A DNA stretch of 64,000 nt from Phoronis australis (taxonomy: Eukaryota; Animalia; Phoronida). Location of the stretch: assembly GCA_002633005.1 (NCBI GenBank), contig NMRA01000426.1:65481-129480 (forward strand). The letters are read 5' to 3'. The notes beneath the pieces were generated by a model, which saw only the letters and a list, made by a program, of their open reading frames with translations, was not told where the DNA came from and ran no database searches. Made by a program: the position numbers and the translations under genes. Numbering within the stretch: the first letter of the stretch is position 1; the number at the start of each line of letters is the position of its first letter. This document shows positions 1 to 12,445 of the stretch, one piece after another.

Positions 1-1079
1 GAAACTGCCACTAGGGGGCACAGCATCCGCCTGAAAGTATTCATCTATTGTTAGCTTCCTTTAAATCTACTTACTAAACTTAATAAAGATCTAGCAGTGA
101 GTTTAGGAGATACAGCTTTGGGCGCAAAACAAAACAAAATCATCACTAGGAGGCGCCAAAGTAGTCGACATCATCAACTGTCCTCTTCACACTGAGAACA
201 TATGTCAATTTTCAAAAATCCTCCTTAGAATGGTTTGCTTGATAGAGGGGTGGACGCCAAAAAACAGACTCGCAAACAGTAAAAATGGACAATAGGTGGC
301 GCAAAATACGTTGAATCCATCTGAAAATGGTAGAGTGGCATCAATTCTCCAATAGATGCCTATATTCCATACTTTACGAAACTCCATTGAGGACCTTTGA
401 ATATACAGAGGTAAACGTAAAAAACTAAAATTGCCACTAGAAGGCACACAGGTGAAAAGATCCGTGCGAAAGTGGTCATTGTTTTCCGTTGTCAACATCA
501 TATAAATGCACTTGCTAAATTTAGTAATGATCTTACAAACGGTTTAGGAGATGCAGCCATAGACGCATAAAAAAACTGCCACTAGGAGGTGCCGTAGTTA
601 GTCGAAGGCATCGGAAAATCATCGTCAGCCATCCTCTTCCTAGTAAGAACATACATCCCAATTTTCACCATCATCCTTAGAACAATTTGGTTGATAGAGA
701 GGAGGACGCCAAAAAAGCAGACTCCAAAACAGTAAAAATGGCCACTAGGTAGCGCAAACTACGTCGAATCCATCTGAAAACAAGAAGTTTGTGTCAACTC
801 AATAATAGCTGCCTATATTCCAAATTTTGAAAAAATACATTGAGGACCTCCGAAGATACAGAGGTAAGTGGAAAAAACTAAAATTGCCACTAGAATGAAC
901 ACCCGTAGTCAGAGAGGTCCGAAACTTTTCGTCACCGTCTTCAGCTTGATAGAAACATATCTATCAAATCTCATCAAGATCCTGCGAGGGGTATAGGAGA
1001 TACAGCTGCGGATGCCGGACGCCCAGACAGAGATGACGGCAATATGCGATCAAATATAAATATGACGGCGCATAAAAAT
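1..1079 (-). mobile_element. DINE-1/HINE-type (Helentron-associated) non-autonomous element, copy 1 (cut by window edge)
   Basis: Terminal imperfect palindrome ATGCGATCAAATATAAATATGACGGCGCATAAAAA, GACG/CAGA microsatellite remnant and ~145-bp central tandem repeats homologous to 34570-37414. Confidence 0.75.
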
Positions 1080-1209
1080 CTCGTTGCTGAAACAGGATGG
1101 ATGAACTTAAAAATAATTAAAATTCTTTCCAACTGGAGTCAATTTCCATATGCCTGATTGACTGTGTCCACATTAAAAAGAGATAGACTAGTATTAAAAC
1201 ATTCTGTCA

Positions 1210-2670
1210 ACACACCTGTACACTGTATGATGAAGCTATGGCGCCCACCACACCTGCACACAATGTACGATGAAGCTATGGGGCCCATCACACCAGCACA
1301 TAATGTACGATGAAACCATGAATCCCACACTACCTGCAGGTATTGCATGATGAAGCCTTGGGGAAACCACACCTGCACACACTGGACGGTAAAGTCATGG
1401 GGCCCACCAAACTTGCACACACTGTATGGTGAAGCCTTGGGGCTTATCATACCAGCACACACTGTATGGTGAAGCCTTGGGGCTTATCATACCAGCACAC
1501 ACTGTATGGTGAAGCCATATGGCCCATCACACCTGCACACACTGTATGCAGGCCTTCATGCAGTGTACGTCCTGGGCGTCCAGATGGACACCCTGGCACT
1601 AATCTGGACGTCCTGGCAAGGACACCCTGTCAATCAGAATTTCTCCAGCTTGGACAACCACATTGTAAGATTACTAGGACTCCCAGTTAATGAAAGATAG
1701 GCGATGGTTCAACTCCGAAAAAAATATACAATGTATATAAAATATTCAAACTATTAGTATTTAGTAATATAATGCCAATCATTAGCAGTGTTTGGTTGCC
1801 ACTGAGCGGTTACCAGTGCAGTCTCTGCTTTCAGCAATCTTAGTTTTAAATGCAATTCAGTACCTAATATAGGGACACAGACTTTGGTTAACTTCAAACT
1901 GGTGTTTCAAAGCTGCAGTTTCACATTTTTCAAAAGCCAAATAAATGTCATTATTTTAATAATATATTGTGCCATAAGAATATCCCCATTTAAAATGTTT
2001 GAGATTATGACCGACTTTCATGCTTTTCTATGAGCGTCTCAATATGGTGCAGCAGTGTTGCCAAAATCTAAACCACACATCATCTGTGCATTGTTCTCTA
2101 TGTGTTGGTAACTGTAGCTTGGAGGGCTCATTGTACACAATATAAAGCTAGTTAAGATGATATAATACTTATAACAGCAATTTGACTTGAGATCACCAAA
2201 ACAGTGTAATCATCATTCAACCAATATCTGTAATACCTGTTTGGTAAGCTATTTGGCTGTTTTCATAAATTTAGACGTATAAGTCGTGATCCACACAGGT
2301 TTTTTAGTAAAAAAGCTCACTACAAGAGAGCTGTTTTGGTATATTTAGAAGTAAAACCCATTTCTTGTAAAAAAAACACTGTGTGTGGGGTGGAAGGGGG
2401 GTTACTGGTGAATGGGGGTGGGGGTGTGGGTAATAAGTCGTTGGAATCATGGTCGCCCTGGAATATTAGGAACCCCATTTTGAACACCTTATTTTCGAAA
2501 TAATGGATGAAGCCCTGACTGTATGGTGAATCCATAGGGCCAAACACACCTGCACACAGTTTGATGAAGCCATGGGGCCCATCACACCTGCACAGTGTAT
2601 GGTGAAGCCAAGGAGCCTTCACCACACATGAACTCATAGGACTTATCATTACACCTAGACACACTCTCAA
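1210..2670. repeat. ~40-bp minisatellite (ACACCTGCACACACTGTATGGTGAAGCC...) split by a hAT-like MITE
   Basis: Units at about 1210-1548 resume at about 2518-2670. Confidence 0.85.
1549..2517 (+). mobile_element. hAT-like non-autonomous element
   Basis: Ends CAGGCCTTCATGCA / TGGATGAAGCCCTG; 8-bp TSD ACTGTATG (1541-1548, 2518-2525); homologous to 4338-4735, 41918-42408 and 43112-43602. Confidence 0.8.
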
Positions 2671-3130
2671 CATTGTTCACAATCAGTTTGACATAATCTC
2701 ACTCTCAGTTAGTTAACAATTAAGTTCCAACTGGTCACCATTTTTTTGCAAATTGATCGTGAGGTTCATGTTATCTATACCAAATCACCTCTTAGTGTGA
2801 AAAACCAGATGTATCAATGTTTTGACAAGACCATCATTATAAACATTGAACGTGATACTTTGATAGCAAGTCTGACAGCCCAGTGTAAGTTTTCTTTCCA
2901 AACAAATGCAAAGCCCTGGGTAAGTTTTCTTAGAAAACAATCGCAGTCATTCAATCATGTGTCACCATCCTATCTAGAATTAAGGGCATTAGATTTCCTA
3001 TCTCGAATTCTACAGTAAATCTCAAATTTGGATCCCTGAAAATGGAATTTTATTGAAAACTTGCTAGCTGATGGTTGATTGTCAAATAAACATATTCATG
3101 AAGAGATGTGAACAACAACTCACTGTACTA

Positions 3131-4315
3131 CCGTAAACGTTTGGGTTAACGCCCATGCTCAGTTAACCGCCCACCCCCTACTTTAGGTGGATTTTCGATT
3201 TAACCGCCCATTGCTCGGTTAAGCGCCCCCCTGCAATTTTTGAAGATTTCCATTGAAGCGCCCACCTCTCGGTTAAGCACCCATCCCCGAATTTTAAAGA
3301 ATGAAGATTTAGCGCCCAGTGCTAAGGAAACGCGAGATTCCCCGACTTTTAGAAAGATCGATGATCACAATGACCGCAACGACGCCGGGCCTCTGAGACG
3401 GTGGTTTAGCAATGTGAATTGCAGTTATACAAGTAACGAGTTATTGTCTTGGGTCATGGACTCACTTCAAAATATAATACTTGAACGTTTTTGTCACTTT
3501 ATTTTCTTCCCATGTTTGCAAAGTTTAAGAACGCCGCCGGCGTCAAAACCTCCGCTTTCAGCGACTTCGTCTGCCGCGCTGAGTTTTCGTCTGCAGTGCA
3601 CTTGATAAAACACATATTCGAAAAAATCAGGCCAGAGAAATGAGACAATGGTTAAAAGTATATAGTCTCGCCCGTTTCTGTTACTTAGGACTGTCGCTAT
3701 TCTCTTTTGATGAGAGACTTTGTGGTGGTGAATTAAGTTTTTCAAACTTTTATTACAACTAATTTTAAAACTGCTCTCAGACTATGAACTTGGCAGCTCA
3801 GTACGAGACTGTAACCATGAATAAGATGTCTGCTGTGACCTCTGCAACACATGAAGCTTGCACGCGCGCACTTTAACAAGGTCACATCTTGAAATAGTTG
3901 CAATCCTAGTAGAGGCAGTGCGTGGTCACTGGTCGTCTGCGCTCTAGAGGGCAAAGTAACAAGACTGCAGGACGCCACGGGGCTATTACTCAGCAGTTCT
4001 GTAAATTTAATAGTGAATACTTAATCTGAAGGCAAGAGAATCTTTGTTGGGATCATCAGCTGTTATGACATTTTTCCCGTCATGTGGCGACGTGACGATA
4101 ACGCTCTTTGAAAAGTATTAGGCGTTCCGAGTACGAGGTAAGATTAACCACCCAGGGCGGTTGCCTGTCGTAATAAGCGCCCATGTTCGGTTAACCGCCC
4201 ACCCTGGATTTCTTGAAAATTCACGTTTAAGCGCCCATGTCTGGTTAACCGCTCACCCCCGATTTTTTGAGTTTTCCAATTTAACCGCCCAGGGCGTTAA
4301 CCCAAACGTTTACGG
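3131..4315. mobile_element. Tc1/mariner-superfamily-like (pogo/Tc2-type termini) non-autonomous element
   Basis: Perfect TIR CCGTAAACGTTTGGGTTAACGCCC, TA TSD, repeated subterminal TTAACCGCCC/TTAAGCGCCC motifs. Confidence 0.85.
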
Positions 4316-4337
4316 TATTATAAAAAATAAAATTATA

Positions 4338-4735
4338 CAGGTCTTTATCCAGGATTTCGAAAATAGGGTGTCCAAAATGGGGTTCCCAATATTCATGGCC
4401 ATGATTCCAATGACGCGTAACCCCCCCACGACGGTTCACCAGTAACCCCTCCCACACACAGAATGTGTAGACAAAGTTTTATACATCTCAGTTTACAAAA
4501 CTGCCCTCCGTAGGGAGCTTTTATACTAAAAAAAAATGTGTAGACCAAGACTTTTACATCTAAATTTACGAAAACAGCCAAGTAGCGTACCAAACAAAGA
4601 GATATTTAAGTTAAACAATGAGTGCACTATGTTTTTGGTGATCTCAAGCCAAACTGTTGTTATAAAGTTTGTCCTATCATCTTAATTACCTTTAATTCAG
4701 TAAAATGAGTCATCATAGCTGCAGTTACAAAACAA
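4338..4735 (-). mobile_element. Partial inverted copy of the hAT-like MITE family
   Basis: Begins CAGGTCTTTATCCAGGATTTCGAAAATAGGGTGTCC, the reverse complement of the right end of 1549-2517 and 41918-42408. Confidence 0.7.
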
Positions 4736-4736
4736 G

Positions 4737-6850
4737 AACAAGAGCAACGCAGAGCGTTGAAATGACCCCACGAATGTACCACAAACGGTGTGCTTCTAGG
4801 GTGTTTATTTTGATCTTAAAAATGGCCACTGGATGGTACAAAATACTTTGAATCCATCAAAAAAACAGGTAAATGACACTGTTTTTAACAGAAAGCTATT
4901 TACCACATAGCATGAAGATCAGCCAAGGAACTTTAGAGAAACAGAGCAAAACGGAAAAAATGAAATTGCCACTAGGGGGCAAAGCGTTTGTCGGAACCGT
5001 CTGAAAGATGTCCGTCTTCTGTTGTCAACTTCATATCGATACAGGTGCTAAATTTAATAAAGATCCTGCAAAGGACTTATCAGATACAGCTAAGGGGGCA
5101 AAAAACAAAACTAACACTAGAAGGCGCAACAGAAGTCAAAGTCGACAGTAAAACATTGTCAATCGAACTTTCAAAAAAAGAACATACATGACAATTCTCA
5201 CAATCATCCTTAGAGACTTGGTTGACAGAGGGCGGATGCTAAAAACAGACGAGAAAACAGTAAAAATGGCCACTAGATGGCACAAAACACGTTGAATCCA
5301 TCTGAAAACCAGAAAATGTTATCGTTTCTTTATAAGACAACCATTTACCAAATCTAGGAAAATTCGTCGAGGAGCTTCAGAGAAACAGAGGAAAGCGGAA
5401 AAAAGGAAATCGCTACTAGGGGGCACACTGTGTTCATCTGCATCTGAAAGTCGTCATCTTCCGTTGTTAACTTCATATGAAAACACGTACTAAACTTAAT
5501 AATGATCCTGCAGAGGGCTTAGGAGATACAGGTATGGACGGAAAAAAATGCCACTAGGAGGTGCCAAAGTAGTAGAAGTCGACGGAAAATTATTGGCAAT
5601 TGTCCTTTCACAGAAAGAACATAATGACAATTTTCATAATCATCCTTAGACTGGCTTGGTTGACAGAGGGACGGACGCCAATAAACAGATTCGAAAACAA
5701 TAAAAATGGCCACTTAAGGTGGCGCAAAATACCTCAAATCCATACAAAAACGAGAGGATAGGGCCACCCTTAAACCAGCAGTTGGTAATGAAGAAAAGCC
5801 AAGTGTCATCGCACAATTATGGGCATGATAGTTTCCAAAGATGCTACTCAGCATGGGTTGTTAAATAGAAAATAAAAAGTGTCCGTGTAAGACTTTGAAA
5901 GTTAAGAGGCAGAAATGCCATTAGTTCCGGTTATGGTGAAGTATATAACACAGGTACTCACTCTTACAACAAGGATGCACGTAAACTTCAACCAAGCAGG
6001 TCTGTTGACCAATAGTCACCAGTGTACGTCTCACCTACAATGACAAATGATCAAATCCATCACTACAATATTCCACATCAACACGGCATAGACTGAACAA
6101 CTGTAACAGTGGTAAGAGTGACTAGGACATCACTGGCAGGAGTCCAACACTGTAATACTAAGGAGAAATGTGATCCATGCGTGTAGAGGGTTTAGGTAAT
6201 AGTGTGCAGAAGGGGGGTGAAGGGGCAATGGCCCCGAGCATACACATTAGGGGGCATCTTATCACCATGAAGTTTTGAAATGGTGACTGATTTGTAACTA
6301 TTGTAACTAAATTGAATAAAGTTTCTATTTTATGTTTCATCTTTATTAGTACCAGAGTCCATGCACTTGAGTAGAGAGGGGCATCCCATAAAACAATATA
6401 GCCACCAGGCATCACCAAGCCTCTGCACAAAACTGGTTTAGGATCTGAAGTGTCTGAAAATTATCGCAAGCCATGCATCTACCCATTTTAAAAATCATCT
6501 TCAGAATGATTTGACCCAGAGAGAGGCTGATGACAGGAACTGAAAAACAATTAAATGGCTACTAGATGATGCAACTTGCATCAAATCAATCAAAAACGAG
6601 AAAGTGACGTCCTGTCCCTAATACATACTATGCCTAATTTTATGAGAATTTTTCAAGGAAATCTGAAGATACAGAGGTATAATTCAGGAACATCCTTCAA
6701 GGGTTATGGATACATAGAAGCCAACTCTTGACTGATGCCCTAACGGCAAAGAGTGATAACAACATGATGTGCCCACATGCGTGTGTGTGGGGGGTGTGGG
6801 TGTGTTGTATGTGTATGTGTGTGTGTGTGGNCATACATGAAGATGCATAA
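4737..6850 (-). mobile_element. DINE-1/HINE-type element, copy 2 (interrupted at about 5760-6440)
   Basis: Terminus AACAAGAGCAACGCAGAGCGTTG (stem-loop) followed by the same ~145-bp repeats; the other end near 6770-6850 is degenerate. Confidence 0.7.
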
Positions 6851-6907
6851 CTAAGAAGGAAAAGGTTTTTCGTTTCTTTCCAATGATATGATGTTAAACG
6901 ACTAAAT

Positions 6908-7012
6908 CACTACCTATTGAGTGCGCATGAAATACCTACTGAGTGCGCATGCACTACCTACTGAGTGCGCATGCACTACCTACTGAGTGCGCATGCACTA
7001 CCTACTGAGTGC
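6908..7012. repeat. 22-bp tandem repeat (ACTACCTACTGAGTGCGCATGC)
   Basis: About 4.5 units visible. Confidence 0.9.
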
Positions 7013-7392
7013 CCTGTTGCTCAGCAGTTGACCCTTCTCCATTAATTTGCCTCTGATAAAACATGCTTTTAAATGCAGAAACTGGATCAATTTTAAGTCA
7101 CAGTGGACAGAGAACATTCTCTCAGCATCTTCTGCAGCACATCAAAAATGGCAACATAGTTGAAATTGATGTTGACCTAGAATATATCAGACACAGACTC
7201 GCATTCAATAAATTGATTATTCTAAAGAATCCTTCTTTTCTTGAAGTTTTAAGACCTTTAGCTTGGCTTTGTTTACTTCCAAATGCAAAGTAACACTTAG
7301 TGACCACAGGCTATCCTATCCACCACTGGCCCCAACAGTGTGTAATAAACATGACATGTTTCTTACATGGTTAAGTCAGTGGAAGATTCAGA

Positions 7393-8120
7393 TACCTGTA
7401 CTTGTCACATGCATGATGAGTTCACCTGTCACTCGTCACATGCATGATGAGTTCACCTGTCACTCGTCACATGCATGATGAGTTCACCTGTCACTCGTCA
7501 CATGCATGATGAGTTCACCTGACACCCGTCACATGCATGATGAGTTCATCTGTCATTCGTCACATGCATGATGAGTTCATCTGTCACTCGTCACATGCAT
7601 GATGAGTTCACCTGTCACTCGTCACATGCAAGATGAGTNNNNNNNNNNNNNNNNNNNNNNNNNNNNNNNNNNNNNNNNNNNNNNNNNNNNNNNNNNNNNN
7701 NNNNNNNNNNNNNNNNNNNNNNNNNNNNNNNNNNNNNNNNNNNNNNNNNNNNNNNNNNNNNNNNNNNNNNNNNNNNNNNNNNNNNNNNNNNNNNNNNNNN
7801 NNNNNNNNNNNNNNNNNNNNNNNNNNNNNNNNNNNNNNNNNNNNNNNNNNNNNNNNNNNNNNNNNNNNNNNNNNNNNNNNNNNNNNNNNNNNNNNNNNNN
7901 NNNNNNNNNNNNNNNNNNNNNNNNNNNNNNNNNNNNACTTGTCACATGCATGATGAGTTCACCTGTACTTATCACATGCATGATGAGTTCACCTGTCACT
8001 CGTCACATGCATGATGTGTTCACCTGTACTTGTCACATGCATGATGAGATCACCTGTCACTCGTCACATGCATGATGAGTTCACCTGTCATTCGTCACAT
8101 GCATGATGAGTTCACCTGTC
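7393..8120. repeat. ~30-31-bp minisatellite (CACCTGTCACTCGTCACATGCATGATGAGTT) spanning an N gap
   Basis: Near-identical units on both sides of gap 7639-7936. Confidence 0.95.
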
Positions 8121-9734
8121 ATTTTGTTACTGACCTATTTTTCTCCATGTGTGGCATGTAATCAGTACCAAGGAAGCAAACTCAAATCATCCAATCATGG
8201 AAATCTGCACGAAGCCCAAGTACCAAGGCATATTATTTGATTGACTATTAATTACTTAATACGCGAACAACATCACACTTTGTTTTGCTTTTGAAATTAG
8301 CACATTTATGGTTTAGCACTCACTCATTTCTGGGTTAAGCGCTCTTCCGCCAATTTCCAGTATCACCCACGTTTAGGAACTGACTTTTAAAAATTTCCAC
8401 TTTTGAACGTAGGAAAAATTCAAAAGTTGAATTCAAAACAAAAACGAAATCAAAGTTTAGAAACTGACACAATGTTTTTGGTATTTCAACATAAACAATG
8501 CAGTTGATAGCATTGTTTAGCTATAAATCAACCTTTCTTTTTACTAAATTTTAATAAATTTTACTATAACAGCATGGTCATGTGACACAACTGAAGGCAG
8601 ATTAGCAAAAGGAAAAAATCAAATTCAGTTTCTACTTTCAAAAAATTTATACTTTTGTGTTAACATCTGTACCCTAGACATTAAGGGAAAGACACACACT
8701 TTGTCAGAAATACTTCACTGACAGACATGTTTTTTTCATCACACAAAGCTTGTGGACTTCACAATAAGATTCTCAGTATTACCTTCATATTGCCCGTCCC
8801 CCCATACAGACACTGCATCTGTGTCATATGCTTCACTATCTATCAATTTATGCCATCTCAACAGGAAAAAATGAGACTACAAGGCACGTTAAGAGACATT
8901 TGAAGCCAATCATGCACAAACTAAGCACTTGTTGTTAACACATTATTCACAGCTAATATTCACAGTCAAGGTCACACAAGTAATTTGCATCCTGGTTACT
9001 TCAAATTCACACAAAAGCTTGCAAACAATCATACACTGTGTATGCTGGCATTCCAACCCTAACTACATTTTTCTATCCTAAACATTTTAGTACTGGTGAA
9101 AGGTATGTTTGATGAGACAGCCAGCTGACTTAAAATACCACAGGTAATAAAAAACAACATAGTCCATTGTCATAGCAACAACAAAAGTAGAAACTTTAAA
9201 CTTGAAGCAAACAGAATTTCACCACACAACATTTCTGCCCTGACGTCACATATAAGCGTGACAACTGAAGGTGATGATCCACTATAATCTTATTACAGTA
9301 ACAACACTTGTGACCAAACAAACACATAGAAATGTTTGGTGTATCAAGGGATCCCAAAATGATGATGGATGTCAGGGAATGAGGAATATTCAGGAAATCA
9401 TGTGCAACTTAAGTGCTACATTTAACACTTTATCCACCATCCCACGTATAACTGGGAATCGTGATGTTGAACTCTTAACTGTACCGCAGTATCCATTAGG
9501 AGTGTCAACATTATCCAGGCCTTCCAAGCTGGTGTTTTAAGGACATGTTTCATGACTATACTCTTAGCTGGGCGTGTTGTAACCAGTTGTATCATGGTAA
9601 AACACTTACATTCAGGACTCACAAAACTAATTGCAAAGAATCCATATTTCTATTGTGAGAGGCTTTACCAGATTGTTGCAAAATGATCACAAATTTAACA
9701 CGTGTTGTTTGGTTATCACTGCGCTATACTAACG

Positions 9735-9810
9735 CATGGGACAACTCCTATGGGACAACTCCTATGGGACAACTGCTATGCGAATACTCCTATGGGACAA
9801 CTCTTATGCT
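9735..9810. repeat. 14-bp tandem repeat (CTATGGGACAACTC)
   Basis: About 5 units. Confidence 0.85.
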
Positions 9811-10019
9811 AACAGTTGAAGTTTTGTTACCGAAGCCCTAAGAGAGAGCCAGAGCTAAACTGTGACTAATCCCAGCATCCTAATTGATTCACAAATTAAT
9901 GCTGCAGTTTAGCTGTCTGTGGCTCTGAAGAACATCCATTTGTCAATTTCTCTCATAACGCATTGATTTTAAAAATTCAAAAATGTCTACTATTTACTTT
10001 TCAATTTTAAAAACAGTTA

Positions 10020-11205
10020 TATTGGTCATTTGCCTTACTTTGAAATAAGTTTCGCCAAGTATGTTGCTCCGACGTCAATTTTTTTTGTACTCTATAGGTC
10101 GCAATTTTCGTCTTTATCCCCATGAAATTTACACACAACGAGCAGCTCCGGAAGTGCTGGATGCCTATTGTTTTGGTTACGATCGGATCCAAGATGGTGG
10201 ACATGGCGGCCATTTTGTTTCCGATTTCTGATTCAGTTGCTCATAGAACCTGCAATTTTTTAGGTATCGGGCTCAAAATCGGAACAAATATGAAACTATA
10301 CAGGTTCTCCGACTGTGCTAAAAATCATTCACTTTCGATCAAAAATGGCGGAAATATCGGCAATGGCGCATGCGCACCTCAATTTCGGGAACAAAACGTT
10401 TTGTCCTGTAGAAGGCGCTTTAAAGGACCAATTGCTTTAAAATTTTTCAGGTATAGTTTTCTGTTGCCAGCTATAATCCAATTCTAAAAAACCAGAAGTT
10501 GATTCCAAGATGGCGGATCAGGCGCATGTTGACCCATTTTCAGTCATGCCAGAGTGCCATTTTAAATGGGAAGAGAAAATGATGTAAATTTTTGCATGTG
10601 GATTCTCTAAGGTATACTTTTCCAAATGAACTGTAACAATTTCTTCTCAGACTTACCGTTTTCGAGTTATTTGACTTTGAACTTCAAAAAAAAATATTTC
10701 ATTTTGCGATACTATCAATTTAGATAGAGTTTTGAACGGGCTTTCAGATGTTTTCCATTTTTCGCTAGGATGTCTACTTTTCGAATTATTTGAGATTTTC
10801 TGATAGCACTGTTCATTTGTTGAGCGTTCTTGCTGCATTGATGTTGGTTATGGCTGCTATTGAACAAGACTGTAGCCTATTTCTTACTGATTTATGACAT
10901 CTAAGTTCGTCATATGAATGTTATGATGTTGTTCATCATCGCCACCACCATCATCATATTAGTCATCTTCATCATCATCTCCGTCGTTGTCTTTTCAGTT
11001 CGCCAACAGTCACTCAAGACTATAGCCTAATTCTTACCGATTTCTGACCTCTACTTTTGTCATATGAATGTTATCATTACTTGTTACTTGTATTGTTCAT
11101 CATCGCCACCGTCGTCATCATATCCATCATCTTCGTCATCATCTCTATCGTTGTCTTATTTGTTAATTTCGCCAAGTTTCTCTCCTCGGAGCGCTTTCAT
11201 TGTTC
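10020..11205 (+). mobile_element. Probable interspersed repeat (possibly HINE/Helitron-like) with AAGATGGCGG motifs and an internal ~150-bp duplication
   Basis: TTTCGCCAAGT occurs as a direct repeat near both ends; several CAAGATGGCGG/ATGGCGGCCATTTTG motifs; duplicated unit at about 10865-11160. Confidence 0.35.
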
Positions 11206-11959
11206 ATTTACTTTGAAATTTGTATGCTAAACAGGCGTGTTGGTCATCTCCTCCAACATGTTCAGCCCAGCCCATAAAGAGTGACTTAAGCTCACTTCAA
11301 TCTGTGGTGGTACCATCAAGTCTTTGATGTGACAAGGAATTCACTGGATACGTTTGGGTAAACACTGCACTTTGTCTACTCCACTTGCATTAAAAACCTG
11401 TATTTGCCTAATGGTCAGCCATATTGATTCCAAAAACTGAAGAATTTTCAGCGCATTTAGCATTGTTCTACATTTAATACATGTAATGTTAAATATACGT
11501 TCCTATAATGTACTCTTGCAGAAGGGACAAAGCCAACTTGAGTATGGGAAACATTACATTGATCAAGCAAACTAAGTTACCATAGAACACACGATTAACT
11601 TTAATGGATAAAATATGAGGGCTGTGTATAAAACATCCCCATTGAGTGGTGTCACAGATCATAAATCTTGGTAACCTTGTACACTCAGAATAGCGGTCAT
11701 GACGACGGAATGTTTGAACTCTAGCATATTGCATGTACTTGCACACTAATCGATGTCAATTGGGTACTGCTCAACAGTTCAAAGGTTCACAAATATGATA
11801 AATTCAGGTACTGTATTCACTCCAATAAGCGCCCACGCCCCTATAAGTGCCCCCCTCATGAATGCCGTGTATACGCGAAAAATGCCTTACCTACACTTCT
11901 AAAATTCTACAGTAACGTCTTCAATTTATCAATAAGATCAGACAGCCCTGAAAAAATCA

Positions 11960-12210
11960 TTGTGCACGGAATTTGTAGACCATGAACTTTGCCGCTACTT
12001 GTTGATATTTAGCTGTGGCTTCCACCGCGTTTGAAAAAGAACACAAGTTTTGCTGATCTTGCGAGGAATGTGTCCTATTATGGTCTGGCCTTTCAGAACA
12101 GATGCAGCGTACTTGTCAAATGGTTTATATTGCATCTTTCCAGTACAGATTGTCTCCCTCAACGGAATTGAAATCTCTTTGTACACGTGGAAACCGAGAA
12201 TCGAAGATTA
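11960..12210 (-). pseudogene. Decayed HIRAN-like domain remnant
   Basis: Across frameshifts: SSILGFHVYKEI...KPFDKYAASVLKGQTIIGHIPRKISK...FFKRGGS...GLQIPC. This fits the HIRAN pattern N-x-[YH]D-x-x-A...GH[VI]P. Confidence 0.65.
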
Positions 12211-12268
12211 ATAAAAACTTGACCTTTTTTCAGTAAAAGCACGTGGCTAGGAAGCGCGCCACATTCAA

Positions 12269-12445
12269 GAATCTGACATCAAAGATTAGCCTTTGGGAAC
12301 TATCTATTCATGAATCTGACATCAAAGATTAGCCTTTGGGAACTATCTATTCATGAATCTGACATCAAAGATTAGCCTTTGGGAACTATCTATTCATGAA
12401 TCTGACATCAAAGATTAGCCTTTGGCAATTATCTATTCATGAATC
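12269..12445. repeat. 43-bp tandem repeat x4
   Basis: Unit GAATCTGACATCAAAGATTAGCCTTTGGGAACTATCTATTCAT. Confidence 0.95.

Noticed and set aside
3520-3615. pogo-type HTH remnant in the 3131-4315 element
   Set aside because: The similarity (KCTADEKLSAADEVAE) needs a frameshift and is too weak to call.
7393-8120. Regular ~31-bp repeats as a CRISPR array, and the ORFs through them
   Set aside because: Units are head-to-tail with no unique spacers, there are no cas genes, and the context is eukaryotic. The ORFs are artefacts of N runs.
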